DNA of 54,799 nucleotides from a virus (lineage: Duplodnaviria > Caudoviricetes). The notes beneath the pieces were generated by a model. It was not told the origin of the DNA. It saw only the letters and a list, made by a program, of their open reading frames with translations, and made no database searches. Below are positions 18,588 through 27,105 of the stretch, piece after piece (positions within the stretch are counted from its first letter, which is position 1; each line of letters starts with the position of its first letter). Made by a program: the position numbers and the translations under genes. The DNA is taken from positions 1 to 54,799 of IMG/VR virus record IMGVR_UViG_3300043399_000215, one strand, 5' to 3'.

Positions 18588-21500
18588 ATGAAGTACAACG
18601 GTTTTTCAATTGACATTGAAGCAGATGGTTTTGTGTTTGAAGCAACAAAGATTTGGGTTATCAACTTGGAAGACCTTGACACAGGTGATAAGTTGCAGTT
18701 GCATCCATTCAGAGACTCATTAGCAAAATCAAAGCTGCTGGATTGGGTTTCTAAGTACGATAACCCAAATGTCTGTTTTCACAATGGCTTGGGCTATGAT
18801 ATTTTTGTGCTTATGTTTATTCTCGGAATTGACTACTCCGTTGGCCCAGATAGTATTGAAGGTATTAAAGTAAATTTTGTTGATACTTTTTATTTGTCAA
18901 TGTTTCTTAACCCAGACCGTGAAAAGCACTCTATTGAATATTGGGGTGTTCAACTTGGAATGCCTAAGATTGATTTTCGTGATGCCTTGATCTCTGTTGG
19001 TGCGCTAGATTCCAATGCTCCCAATGGAGCTGAATTTTTGCGTTTCCACTCTATCATGAATGAGTATTGTGAGCGTGACACTCTTGTTGGTAAACTGACA
19101 TTTATTGCACTAATAAATGAGTGGGTTGAGTTGTACAAATCATGGGATTGCACAAAGTGGCCTGAGCATTTTAAAGCCGGTCAAAAAGCCTTCTACCTAA
19201 TGTCTTGCCAAGAATTGTCAGGTTGGAAATTTGATGTAGATGCTGCCAAGGAATTGCAAATCAAAATTGAACAAATGATGGAGGAGATACGTTCAGAGGT
19301 TGAACCTCAACTACCACCACGGAGCCTTAAAAAAACAGAAGAAAAAGAATACTCCATGCCAGCAAAGCCATTCAAACAAGATGGTTCTCTTTCTGCTGTG
19401 ATGGAAAAGTGGATTGCAAAGCATAGTGCAACTTATGATACAGAGAAAGATTGTATTACAGTCTACGGTAAGCAATACAAGATTGTTGCAAAGCAAATGC
19501 TTGATATTAAACTTCCAATGGAAATGGCAAACCAAGATCAGATGAAGGATTGGTTTTTGGAGCAGGGATGGAAACCTACCTTGTGGAATTATAAGCGCGG
19601 CCCTGATAACAAGCCAATACGCGACCCCGTTACTAGACAGCTTATCCCGACAACGCCAAAGATTCAAGAAGCAGGGAAACTCTGCCAGAACCTAGAAAAA
19701 ATTGAAGGCGATCTTGTCAAGAAAGTTGTCAAGTGGTTGTCACTTCGCAATAGGCAGTCTGTTTTGAATGGTTGGCTTGAAAACCCAAGGTTGCAATATG
19801 ATGGACGGATAGGTGCTGGTAGGACTGGTATTGCAGCTACACACCGACAAAAACACAAGGTCGTTGTTAATGTGCCAAAAGCAGACCCGAAGGTGCTACT
19901 TGGCTATGAATTTCGGTCACTTTGGATTACTGAGGATGGTATGTTAATTGCTGCTGGGGATGCTGCTGCACTTGAAGGTAGGGTTCAAGGGCACTATACG
20001 CACAAGTATGACAATGGCACCACTGCTGATGAATTACTGAAGGGCGATGTGCATAGTAAGAACGCTAATGCTTTCTATGGTGGCATTTATGATGAAGTCA
20101 GTAAAATATACAATGCACCTGATTTTGACAAGGAAAACCCAAAATGGAAACCGTACCGCAATAAAAGTAAGAACGGATTTTATTGCTTGCCGATGCATAC
20201 AAAGGTGTTGACAAGTGCAGGATGGAAGCTGTTTGGTGATATAGAGGTTGGTGAAGCATTGCCAACTTTTAATGCAAATACAGGTCTTGTCGAAATGGAT
20301 GCAGTTAAAGCGTTGCATCATTTCGATGACACTGAAGTATTTAAATTCAGTAACAAGTATGATTCGTTTCAATGCACTGAGAATCACCGCTGGTATGGAT
20401 GGAGGCGTTCAAAATCCAAGAAAGGCTCTAAGAAGATTTTTGGATACTTTGAAGCCAAGGATTTTACACAGGAGCATAACTTATTATTGACTGCTGCATT
20501 TACTGGCAATGACGGATGCACAATAAATGAAACAGAGGCTAAATTTATGGGGTACTTACTCTCAGATGGTTCCTACAAGTGGTCAGATAAGTCAAGCACT
20601 ACAAGTTCATCTTTCGGTAAGAAGAAGGCAATTTCAATGCAGGTTTGTCAATCCAGAAATAAGTTTTGGGAGGATATTCAAAATCTAATTGATGCTCTTG
20701 GAATGAAATACAACTTGCGTGAAGAAAAGAAAGAGAATGGGAATAATGTACTTCACTGGAAAATATCTCAACCTGACGCAAGGAGTTTCATAGACAGGGT
20801 TGTTGGGAATAGGCTTAACAAGCATGAAGTTAACTGGTCTGAGTGGGTTATGAAACTTAGTAGGAAATCTCTAGAGGCTTTCTACGAGGGCTTCTATAAC
20901 GGAGATGGTAACACCACTGGAAATCACGAGGTTGTCTCTCAGAATACTGGTAAAGTGCATGAAGGTATTGTCACGGCAATGCAACTGCTTGGGAAAGGTC
21001 GCGTTACCTTGAACAATCATCAAGGGTGGAAAGATAATATCTGTCAAGGCATACGGGTTCAGAAGCGTAAGCATCTGACCATGCAAGAGCAGTCAAAGGA
21101 GTCACTTGGAATTCAAGAGACTTTCTGCTTGACAACAGGGAACTCATCGTTTATTATTTGGCAGGATGATTTTATTGGGATTACAGGGAACTGCATTCTC
21201 TACGGCGGTGGAGCACCGAAGGTTGCATCTACTCTTGGTATTCCAGAAAAATACGGTAAAGAGGCTTTGGAGGCTTTCTGGGAGGCAAACCCAGGCACGA
21301 AAGACTTGAAGGAAAACCTTGAAAAATACTGGGAAGGTGCAGGTAAGAAGAAGTACCTCCCAGCCATTGATGGTAGAATCCTAATGACTCGTAAAAAATC
21401 AGCTTTACTGAATACTATATTTCAAAGCTGCGGCGGCATAACAATGGATTACGCTGGATGTTTTATGGACAAGTGGCTTGGGGGGATGCAGTGGGATGAA

Positions 21501-21713
21501 AAACGTAGGCCCTTCTATTTATACAAGGGTTTTACCGTAAGGAGGATTGGCTATATCCACGACGAATTGGAATATGAGTGCGATGCTGAGATTGCTAATG
21601 AAGTTGCCGGAATGATTGAAAAATCTATTGCAAAGGCAGGTGAATATCTTGGAATCAAAGTGCCACTTGTCGGTGAAGGTAAGGTTGGTAAAAACTGGAA
21701 AGAAGTTCACTAA
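18588..21713 (+). CDS. polA: family A DNA polymerase with 3'-5' exonuclease, intein-containing
   Basis: DIEAD, HNGLGYD, YCERD exonuclease motifs; DAAALEGR (A), RNKSKNGFY/CILYGGG (B), IHDE (C); promoter 18554-18564. Confidence 0.95.
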   Translation: MKYNGFSIDIEADGFVFEATKIWVINLEDLDTGDKLQLHPFRDSLAKSKLLDWVSKYDNPNVCFHNGLGYDIFVLMFILGIDYSVGPDSIEGIKVNFVDTFYLSMFLNPDREKHSIEYWGVQLGMPKIDFRDALISVGALDSNAPNGAEFLRFHSIMNEYCERDTLVGKLTFIALINEWVELYKSWDCTKWPEHFKAGQKAFYLMSCQELSGWKFDVDAAKELQIKIEQMMEEIRSEVEPQLPPRSLKKTEEKEYSMPAKPFKQDGSLSAVMEKWIAKHSATYDTEKDCITVYGKQYKIVAKQMLDIKLPMEMANQDQMKDWFLEQGWKPTLWNYKRGPDNKPIRDPVTRQLIPTTPKIQEAGKLCQNLEKIEGDLVKKVVKWLSLRNRQSVLNGWLENPRLQYDGRIGAGRTGIAATHRQKHKVVVNVPKADPKVLLGYEFRSLWITEDGMLIAAGDAAALEGRVQGHYTHKYDNGTTADELLKGDVHSKNANAFYGGIYDEVSKIYNAPDFDKENPKWKPYRNKSKNGFYCLPMHTKVLTSAGWKLFGDIEVGEALPTFNANTGLVEMDAVKALHHFDDTEVFKFSNKYDSFQCTENHRWYGWRRSKSKKGSKKIFGYFEAKDFTQEHNLLLTAAFTGNDGCTINETEAKFMGYLLSDGSYKWSDKSSTTSSSFGKKKAISMQVCQSRNKFWEDIQNLIDALGMKYNLREEKKENGNNVLHWKISQPDARSFIDRVVGNRLNKHEVNWSEWVMKLSRKSLEAFYEGFYNGDGNTTGNHEVVSQNTGKVHEGIVTAMQLLGKGRVTLNNHQGWKDNICQGIRVQKRKHLTMQEQSKESLGIQETFCLTTGNSSFIIWQDDFIGITGNCILYGGGAPKVASTLGIPEKYGKEALEAFWEANPGTKDLKENLEKYWEGAGKKKYLPAIDGRILMTRKKSALLNTIFQSCGGITMDYAGCFMDKWLGGMQWDEKRRPFYLYKGFTVRRIGYIHDELEYECDAEIANEVAGMIEKSIAKAGEYLGIKVPLVGEGKVGKNWKEVH
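20184..21191 (+). mobile_element. intein (336 aa) with LAGLIDADG endonuclease, inserted in polymerase motif B
   Basis: starts CLPMHTKVLT, block B CTENHRW, FMGYLLSDG / FYEGFYNGDG, ends ITGN before Cys+1; excision restores KNGFY-CILYG. Confidence 0.93.
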
Positions 21714-21728
21714 AAAACAAAGGAAATC

Positions 21729-21929
21729 ATGAAACACCCAAAGACACAAGCCAATGAAATCCTCCTAGGTAACCTAGGTTCAATGCAAGCTGTTAACCTC
21801 TGGTGGAAAACACCACAGGACATTTTGCAAGGTAAGACACCCATAATGCTGTGGGAAGGTAAGACAGAGAACCAGCAGCGAGCTATGCTAGTAGCATTGA
21901 AGAACATGATTGAAAGTACCAAGAAGTAA
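21729..21929 (+). CDS. possible Xre/MbcA/ParS antitoxin C-terminal-like domain (DUF2384-like)
   Basis: AVNLWWKTPQDILQGKTPIML resembles A..WL..P...L.G.TP..LL. Confidence 0.5.
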   Translation: MKHPKTQANEILLGNLGSMQAVNLWWKTPQDILQGKTPIMLWEGKTENQQRAMLVALKNMIESTKK

Positions 21930-22574
21930 TGCAAAAACTTGAAATTTGGTTGTGTTCTGGTAAAGGTCAAAATTCTGTGCTATAATACGTTCTCAAGTTT
22001 ACAATAGGAGATTATTCATGAAGCCTTGGTGTCTGTGGTTGATAAAAAACCATCTAGGATGGTTGTTGAAAGCAATAATAGTTATGTCATATCCGGTGCA
22101 TCTACTGGCGTACTGCGAAGAAGCATGGGATGACATTTCGTATGTTCTCCGTGAAGTTTATTATGAAAAAGAATATATACAGAAAGGCTCATAATATGAG
22201 TTGGGGTGCATTACCTTGGTGGGTGTATGAATGCGAAAATGAGCGTTGTATTGCTATGCAGTCTTGCGCTTTTCCTGAAGAATTTTATTCGGGCACTCTG
22301 AAAACCTTACCAATGCATGTTATACTGATGCACACAGCTACATTCAGTAGCTACAAACCAAACGGTTGGAACTACGAAGGAGAATAAAGTTGAATTACCA
22401 GAACTTCAATTATCACTACTCTCAAGAATTCAAATGCTTGATTCAGACAGATGCTGAAGGTAAAGTTGTGATGGCAATGTACATGCCTGCTGAAGACTTA
22501 GAGAAAGTATCTTTCCTTGCTTGGGTACAATCAGCAGAAAATAATTTTGAGAATCTTGTAAAAGATGAAGAGAT

Positions 22575-22585
22575 TATGCTATAAT
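22575..22585 (+). promoter_or_regulatory. extended -10 promoter TATGCTATAAT for the RNA island
   Basis: perfect TGnTATAAT; a second one, TGTGTTATAAT, at 23147-23157. Confidence 0.75.
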
Positions 22586-22683
22586 GCGAATATAGAGGCA
22601 GTGTAGCACGCTGCAACTCAGTACTGAGATTGAGTACCAATCGGGTGCAAAGCCTGTCCAGTTGTGACTTAAGTGTATTTAGT

Positions 22684-22756
22684 CCGCGCATGGTGAAAAT
22701 GGAGATCACACAAATCTTCTAAATTTGGAGTCCTTGTTCGATTCAAGGTGTGCGGA
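22684..22756 (+). tRNA. tRNA-Arg(TCT), no encoded CCA (CTA follows)
   Basis: acceptor CCGCGCA/TGTGCGG, D arm GTGA/TCAC with GGA, anticodon arm CAAAT-CTTCTAA-ATTTG, T arm CCTTG-TTCGATT-CAAGG. Confidence 0.85.
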
Positions 22757-22774
22757 CTAAGTACATTTTAATTC

Positions 22775-23000
22775 AGCTTGATGGGTTGCCCTGAGTGCCT
22801 AGCACGAGGGAAGGTCTGGTAAACTACATGCCGTTGCACTCATAGTGCAGAGGGGCGGTAGACAGGCGGCAGCAACGCTGTAGTATCCTACGCAGCAGCT
22901 TGTTTACAGCGAGGCGTTTGTCTGAAAGTGCTTCTGTAATAGCACTCAAGAACTAACCTGTTGCATCGTGAGAGCAACGCCGGATTCTAGTAACCGGCAA
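22775..23000 (+). ncRNA. candidate multi-helix structured RNA
   Basis: no ORF; nested helices such as TGCACT/AGTGCA, AGACAGGCG/CGTTTGTCT, CGCTGTA/TACAGCG, AGTGCT/AGCACT, GCCGG/CCGGC. Confidence 0.5.
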
Positions 23001-23089
23001 CTATATTGAAATACTCTATAAAACATCGTCAAGGTTAGGGTTGCTCCAGTTCTAGGTAAAAACCTTTAGAGTATTTCAATATGGTAAAT
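23001..23089 (+). repeat. long-stem cassette, copy 1
   Basis: 18-bp stem 23001-18/23067-84; the 19-mer GTATTTCAATATGGTAAAT is shared with copy 2. Confidence 0.8.
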
Positions 23090-23173
23090 TTATCAAGATG
23101 TACTACCAGATTTATTTTAGTAGTACAGCTAAAAGTAAGTAAGATTTGTGTTATAATGAGTTTGTCCCGCCAC

Positions 23174-23258
23174 GCTTGTTACTCTATATCCCTATGGAGC
23201 CAGCAGCACACTTCGGTGAACCGCACTCACAGCGGTTGGTTAAAATAGAGTAACGAGT
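23174..23258 (+). ncRNA. long-stem cassette with cUUCGg hairpin
   Basis: 14-bp stem GCTTGTTACTCTAT/ATAGAGTAACGAGT just after the 23147 promoter. Confidence 0.55.
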
Positions 23259-23343
23259 TGCGTCGTTACCTACGGATTTCTAGCATGAGGGTCGTCGCCC
23301 GATAGTAAGAAGACTATGGAACCCAGCTTTAGGGAGTTGGGTG

Positions 23344-23439
23344 CCATATTGAAATGCACTAGATTTCTTTTATACTGTGCTGGACGTACTAAGCCACAGG
23401 CGGTATAGATTCCTTTTAGTGTATTTCAATATGGTAAAT
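23344..23439 (+). repeat. long-stem cassette, copy 2
   Basis: ~20-bp stem 23344-63/23415-34 with a compensatory change relative to copy 1. Confidence 0.8.
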
Positions 23440-23499
23440 CAAGTCTTGTTGGAGACTTTAATAACCAACAAATGTTTAACTCAAGAAAGGAAATTGAAT

Positions 23500-24111
23500 A
23501 TGAAAACTCTTAAAGGTACTTTGGTTTATGTAATGCTGGATAAGCCTCGTAACTGCTACGACGAAGCCAAGGGGCAAGAGTGGAAATGCGGTATTGTAGT
23601 GGATGAAGACACAGCAGATGCTTTTGCTGAAATTTACCCAAAGCAAGCTGCTAAGAAAGTTAAAATCGCAGACTTTGAAGAAACTTATAAGTGCAAGCCT
23701 CCAGAGGGAGCAGGTAAGAACGTTTATGTGATTACCTTGCGTAAGAATACAAAGTTGGCTAATGGAGAACCGGTCCCGGATAAGTACAAACCACGAGTGT
23801 TCCAGCGTAAAGGTGGTGCATTGGTTGATATTACAGCAACATCACTACCTGCTAATGGTTCAACTGGAGAAATCAGTATAGACCATTATGATGGGAAAAT
23901 GGGTGCTGTAGCTCGATTGAAGAACGTACTGGTAACTGACCTGATTGAATTTGAGCGCAGTAATTCAGCTTCTTACGAATCAGGTGACGAATTCGCAGAC
24001 GATGGTTCTGGTGACTCTGTCAAGGTTCCAGCCAAGGCTGTAGCTGCTGCAAGCAAGTCCAAGAAAGCTGTCCCTGCTTTGGATGAAGATGATGGTGATT
24101 CACCCTTCTGA
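23500..24111 (+). CDS. single-stranded DNA-binding protein (T7 gp2.5-like)
   Basis: GAAAGGA RBS; NGSTG motif; acidic tail ending DEDDGDSPF; replication context. Confidence 0.7.
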   Translation: MKTLKGTLVYVMLDKPRNCYDEAKGQEWKCGIVVDEDTADAFAEIYPKQAAKKVKIADFEETYKCKPPEGAGKNVYVITLRKNTKLANGEPVPDKYKPRVFQRKGGALVDITATSLPANGSTGEISIDHYDGKMGAVARLKNVLVTDLIEFERSNSASYESGDEFADDGSGDSVKVPAKAVAAASKSKKAVPALDEDDGDSPF

Positions 24112-24130
24112 TCTGAAAGACTAAACACTT

Positions 24131-24258
24131 GTTACAAACTGTCGGTACTTATTAACAAATGATGATAGTTTGTAACTGCTCACAAAGTTGCAGTATGTGG
24201 CACTTACTGATAAGTAACGAAAATTAATTACTTATTTAAAAGTGCTGCATATTGCAAC
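24131..24258 (+). other. two long intergenic RNA hairpins
   Basis: 14-bp (24131-24176) and 19-bp (24187-24258) stems with G-U pairs. Confidence 0.7.
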
Positions 24259-24273
24259 AATTAGAAAGGAACT

Positions 24274-24486
24274 ATGAATAAAACTCTTGAAGCTGTTGGT
24301 TTAATTGGTTTGATTATTATTGCTTTGGTATTACTCCTTGCTCTACCTTTTGCTAATATCTGGGCACTGAATACCTTGTTTGTTGCTCTTGCTATTCCGT
24401 ATAACTTTTGGACATGGTTGGCATCTGCTTATCTTGGTATGCAATTCTTCGGTTCTACCGTAACATCAAAATTTAATAAAGGTTAA
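24274..24486 (+). CDS. small membrane protein
   Basis: WALNTLF...IPYNFWTWLA hydrophobic phage family; AAAGGA RBS. Confidence 0.7.
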   Translation: MNKTLEAVGLIGLIIIALVLLLALPFANIWALNTLFVALAIPYNFWTWLASAYLGMQFFGSTVTSKFNKG

Positions 24487-24490
24487 TCAA

Positions 24491-24709
24491 ATGCAAGCAA
24501 AAGAATTTATCAGTAAAGCTGTAAAAATCCTGACAGAAATCGAGGGTCTGAAAGAAGTTCTGAAGGAACTCAAAGCTGATGCAAAAGAATCAGAACTTGA
24601 CGTAGCAACCCTGAGCGCAGTTGCTAACGCAATCGTTCAAGATAAGTGCGATGAGGTGATTGAGAAATCAGAAGCTGTCATTGAAGCAATTAATCTAGCA
24701 CGAAGTTGA
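24491..24709 (+). CDS. small DNA-binding protein, GapR/DUF2312 or T4 DsbA-like
   Basis: KEFISK...EI..LKE.LKELKADAK...LDV pattern. Confidence 0.5.
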   Translation: MQAKEFISKAVKILTEIEGLKEVLKELKADAKESELDVATLSAVANAIVQDKCDEVIEKSEAVIEAINLARS

Positions 24710-24729
24710 TAGTTAATACTTAGTATCAG

Positions 24730-24805
24730 AAACAAGCCCGAGGTCACAAGCCTTGGGCTTTTTGTTTAGAAAGGCTTGGCTTGAATTTAGTCAAGCCTTT
24801 TTGTT
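24730..24805 (+). terminator. tandem intrinsic terminators
   Basis: AAGCCCGAGG/CCTTGGGCTT+TTTGTTT and AAGGCTTGGCT/AGTCAAGCCTT+TTTGTTT. Confidence 0.75.
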
Positions 24806-24817
24806 TAGGAGGGATTT

Positions 24818-25795
24818 ATGAGTAAGAGAATATTACTGCTTGATCTTGATACTCCGTGCTTTGCAGCGGCAAGTGTAGCTGAAGAAAGAACTGTGCTGGT
24901 TACTCATGTTCCAACTGGAAAGCAAAAAGTATTTAAGAATCGTACAGAGTTTAAAGATAGATTGAAAGAGAAAGAAGCATTTAACAAGTTGAGTGAATAC
25001 TTGTTTGAGGACAAGCAAGAAGCTGAACCAGTATCTCATGCTTGTGTGATACTCAAGAACATTGTAAGTAAAATTGAAGAAGCTGTGGAATCAGATGAAA
25101 CTTGGTTCTTTATTTCAGGTAAGGACAATTTTAGAGATTCCTTACCCTTACCTACAAAATATAAATCAAGCAGAGCAGGTACAATAAGACCTTTGTTGCT
25201 TACAGATGTTAAGCAGTTTGCTATCAATAAATACAAAGCAGAGATTTGTCACTTTGACGAACCAGACGATAGAATCATCTACAGAGCCTATGAGTTAAAA
25301 GCAAAAGGTTTTACCCCTATTATTGCAACCATAGACAAAGATGCCTTGGCTTATTCTGGATTGCTTATCTACAACCAAGATAAACCAGAACAAGGTATTG
25401 TTGAAATACCTCAACTCGGTTCCTTATGGATGGATGATAAGAAGACATTGAGAGGTAATGGATTCCTTTGGTATTGCGCACAAGTCACTAAAGGCGACAT
25501 AACGGACAGTTTCAAGCCTTCTGAATTAGCCAAGGTTAAGTTCGGAGATGCTTCAGCTTACAAACTACTTAAAGATTGCAAGACAGAGCAAGAAGCCTTA
25601 CTAAAGGTTGTTCAGCAGTACAAGGAATGGTATCCTGAACCTTTTGAATACACAGCATGGGATGGTAGAGCATTTCATGATACTACATGGTTGGATGTTT
25701 ACCAGATGTACCACAGATGCTGTAGAATGAAAGCGCATGAATTCGATGGACTATATGTTGTTGAATTCGCTAAACAATACGGAGTACAACTATGA
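24818..25795 (+). CDS. 5'-3' exonuclease (T7 gp6/FEN-like)
   Basis: LLDLD, NFR..L...YK..R, EPDD, TIDKD, GDITD. Confidence 0.85.
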   Translation: MSKRILLLDLDTPCFAAASVAEERTVLVTHVPTGKQKVFKNRTEFKDRLKEKEAFNKLSEYLFEDKQEAEPVSHACVILKNIVSKIEEAVESDETWFFISGKDNFRDSLPLPTKYKSSRAGTIRPLLLTDVKQFAINKYKAEICHFDEPDDRIIYRAYELKAKGFTPIIATIDKDALAYSGLLIYNQDKPEQGIVEIPQLGSLWMDDKKTLRGNGFLWYCAQVTKGDITDSFKPSELAKVKFGDASAYKLLKDCKTEQEALLKVVQQYKEWYPEPFEYTAWDGRAFHDTTWLDVYQMYHRCCRMKAHEFDGLYVVEFAKQYGVQL

Positions 25796-26157
25796 AACTA
25801 TACATTGCGGTCCTTGATGACTTCCCTGACTTCATGACACCTACATTGGTAGCTCATTCAATGCTCGGTGCGCACCTTCAGTTTGCTCGTGAATATATTG
25901 CAACAGAGGATTCAGATGCTTGTACTCATACACCTTGGAAAACATACCTAGATTGGCTTGAGAACTCGTTCAAGAAGTGCGTAGTTAGGGTCAGCCAAAA
26001 AGAGTTTGATAAGATTGCTGCACTACCACGTGTTTACCTTGGACATGAAAACAATACACTTGAAGGTAAGAAATCCTGTGCTGTTGTCTGTCCATACCGC
26101 GATGATGAACCATTACCTAATGTTTTGAAGTTTGCTAAACTATGGAAACCAAAATGA
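25792..26157 (+). CDS. peptidyl-tRNA hydrolase 2 (Pth2)-like protein
   Basis: KLYIAV.DD....LVAHS....W....FKKCVVRV resembles the Pth2 fold. Confidence 0.55.
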   Translation: MKLYIAVLDDFPDFMTPTLVAHSMLGAHLQFAREYIATEDSDACTHTPWKTYLDWLENSFKKCVVRVSQKEFDKIAALPRVYLGHENNTLEGKKSCAVVCPYRDDEPLPNVLKFAKLWKPK

Positions 26158-26173
26158 AATTCACCTTCAAACT

Positions 26174-26692
26174 ATGACTATTGATCTATACACACCAGCA
26201 GACGTATCCAAAGTCAGAAACATACTCATCAAAGAACAAGATCGCAAGTGCGCTATCATTGGTGATTTCCCTAAAGATAGAACATTCGTACTAGACCATG
26301 CACACGATGACGAACAATACGTCAGGGCAGCTTTGGAACGCGAAACGAATGCCTTCCTAGGAATCATTGAGAACGCCTACAAGCGTCATTTGAGTTACTG
26401 GCTACCCATGCATCTACCTGACGTTTTAAATCGCATAGCGACCTATTTAGAGCGTTCTAGCTGTACTCCTGACACCAGATGGAGACACAACGGTTGGATT
26501 AAGAAGATTCAGACCAAGTTCAACACCCTCAAATCCTCTCAACAAGATGAACTACTTGTTGCTCTGGGGCAACAGAAAGGTAAGAACTTGGTTGAAAGAA
26601 AGAAACTTTTTCTTAAAGCAATCAAGACAAAGCAGTTTGGTTATGCTACAATACGCAGCATGATAAACAACTTGAAAGGAACTAACAAATGA
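26174..26692 (+). CDS. endonuclease VII-like resolvase
   Basis: EQDRKCAI...VLDHAH....VRAAL...TNAFLG..EN. Confidence 0.85.
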   Translation: MTIDLYTPADVSKVRNILIKEQDRKCAIIGDFPKDRTFVLDHAHDDEQYVRAALERETNAFLGIIENAYKRHLSYWLPMHLPDVLNRIATYLERSSCTPDTRWRHNGWIKKIQTKFNTLKSSQQDELLVALGQQKGKNLVERKKLFLKAIKTKQFGYATIRSMINNLKGTNK

Positions 26693-26913
26693 CTGAATAC
26701 TTTTTCTCTGCTGTAGACCCAGATGGAAGCCATACAAGAACTTCTTTTGAAGCTGAAAGCTGGTTGACTGTTCTAGATAACTTTGTATTGTTCTTGCGTG
26801 GCAAAGGTTTCTATGTAAGTGACGACAGTATCGGTGTAAACGCAGCGCATCATTGCGTAGATGAAAACGAATGTTACCGCTTCACTACGTTCAACAACGA
26901 AGAGCAAGAATGA
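26689..26913 (+). CDS. hypothetical protein
   Basis: FEAESW..VLDNF..FLRG.GF phage family; ATGA overlap. Confidence 0.65.
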   Translation: MTEYFFSAVDPDGSHTRTSFEAESWLTVLDNFVLFLRGKGFYVSDDSIGVNAAHHCVDENECYRFTTFNNEEQE

Positions 26914-27105
26914 AAATAAAACAATGAAAATCAAAGTAATTAGTTGTAGCAACAAAATACTGTGGTATAGTTCTCGCATCGGAGAAGTCTTTGAAATCTG
27001 CAAGGAAGAAGAAAAGGCTTACTGGTGCCGTGAAGGTGGACAATTCAACTGCCTGAACTGGATACAGAAAACAGACGCTGAAGTTATTAAAGAAAAGGAG
27101 TTTAC

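Noticed and set aside
22788-22930. Hammerhead ribozyme (CTGA...GAAA)
   Set aside because: The CUGANGA core and three-stem geometry are not satisfied
23001-23439. CRISPR array
   Set aside because: Only two direct copies about 350 nt apart, each paired with an inverted copy; no regular spacers and no cas genes
23377-23499. N-terminal extension of the SSB ORF
   Set aside because: Runs through an RNA hairpin; a strong RBS precedes ATG 23500
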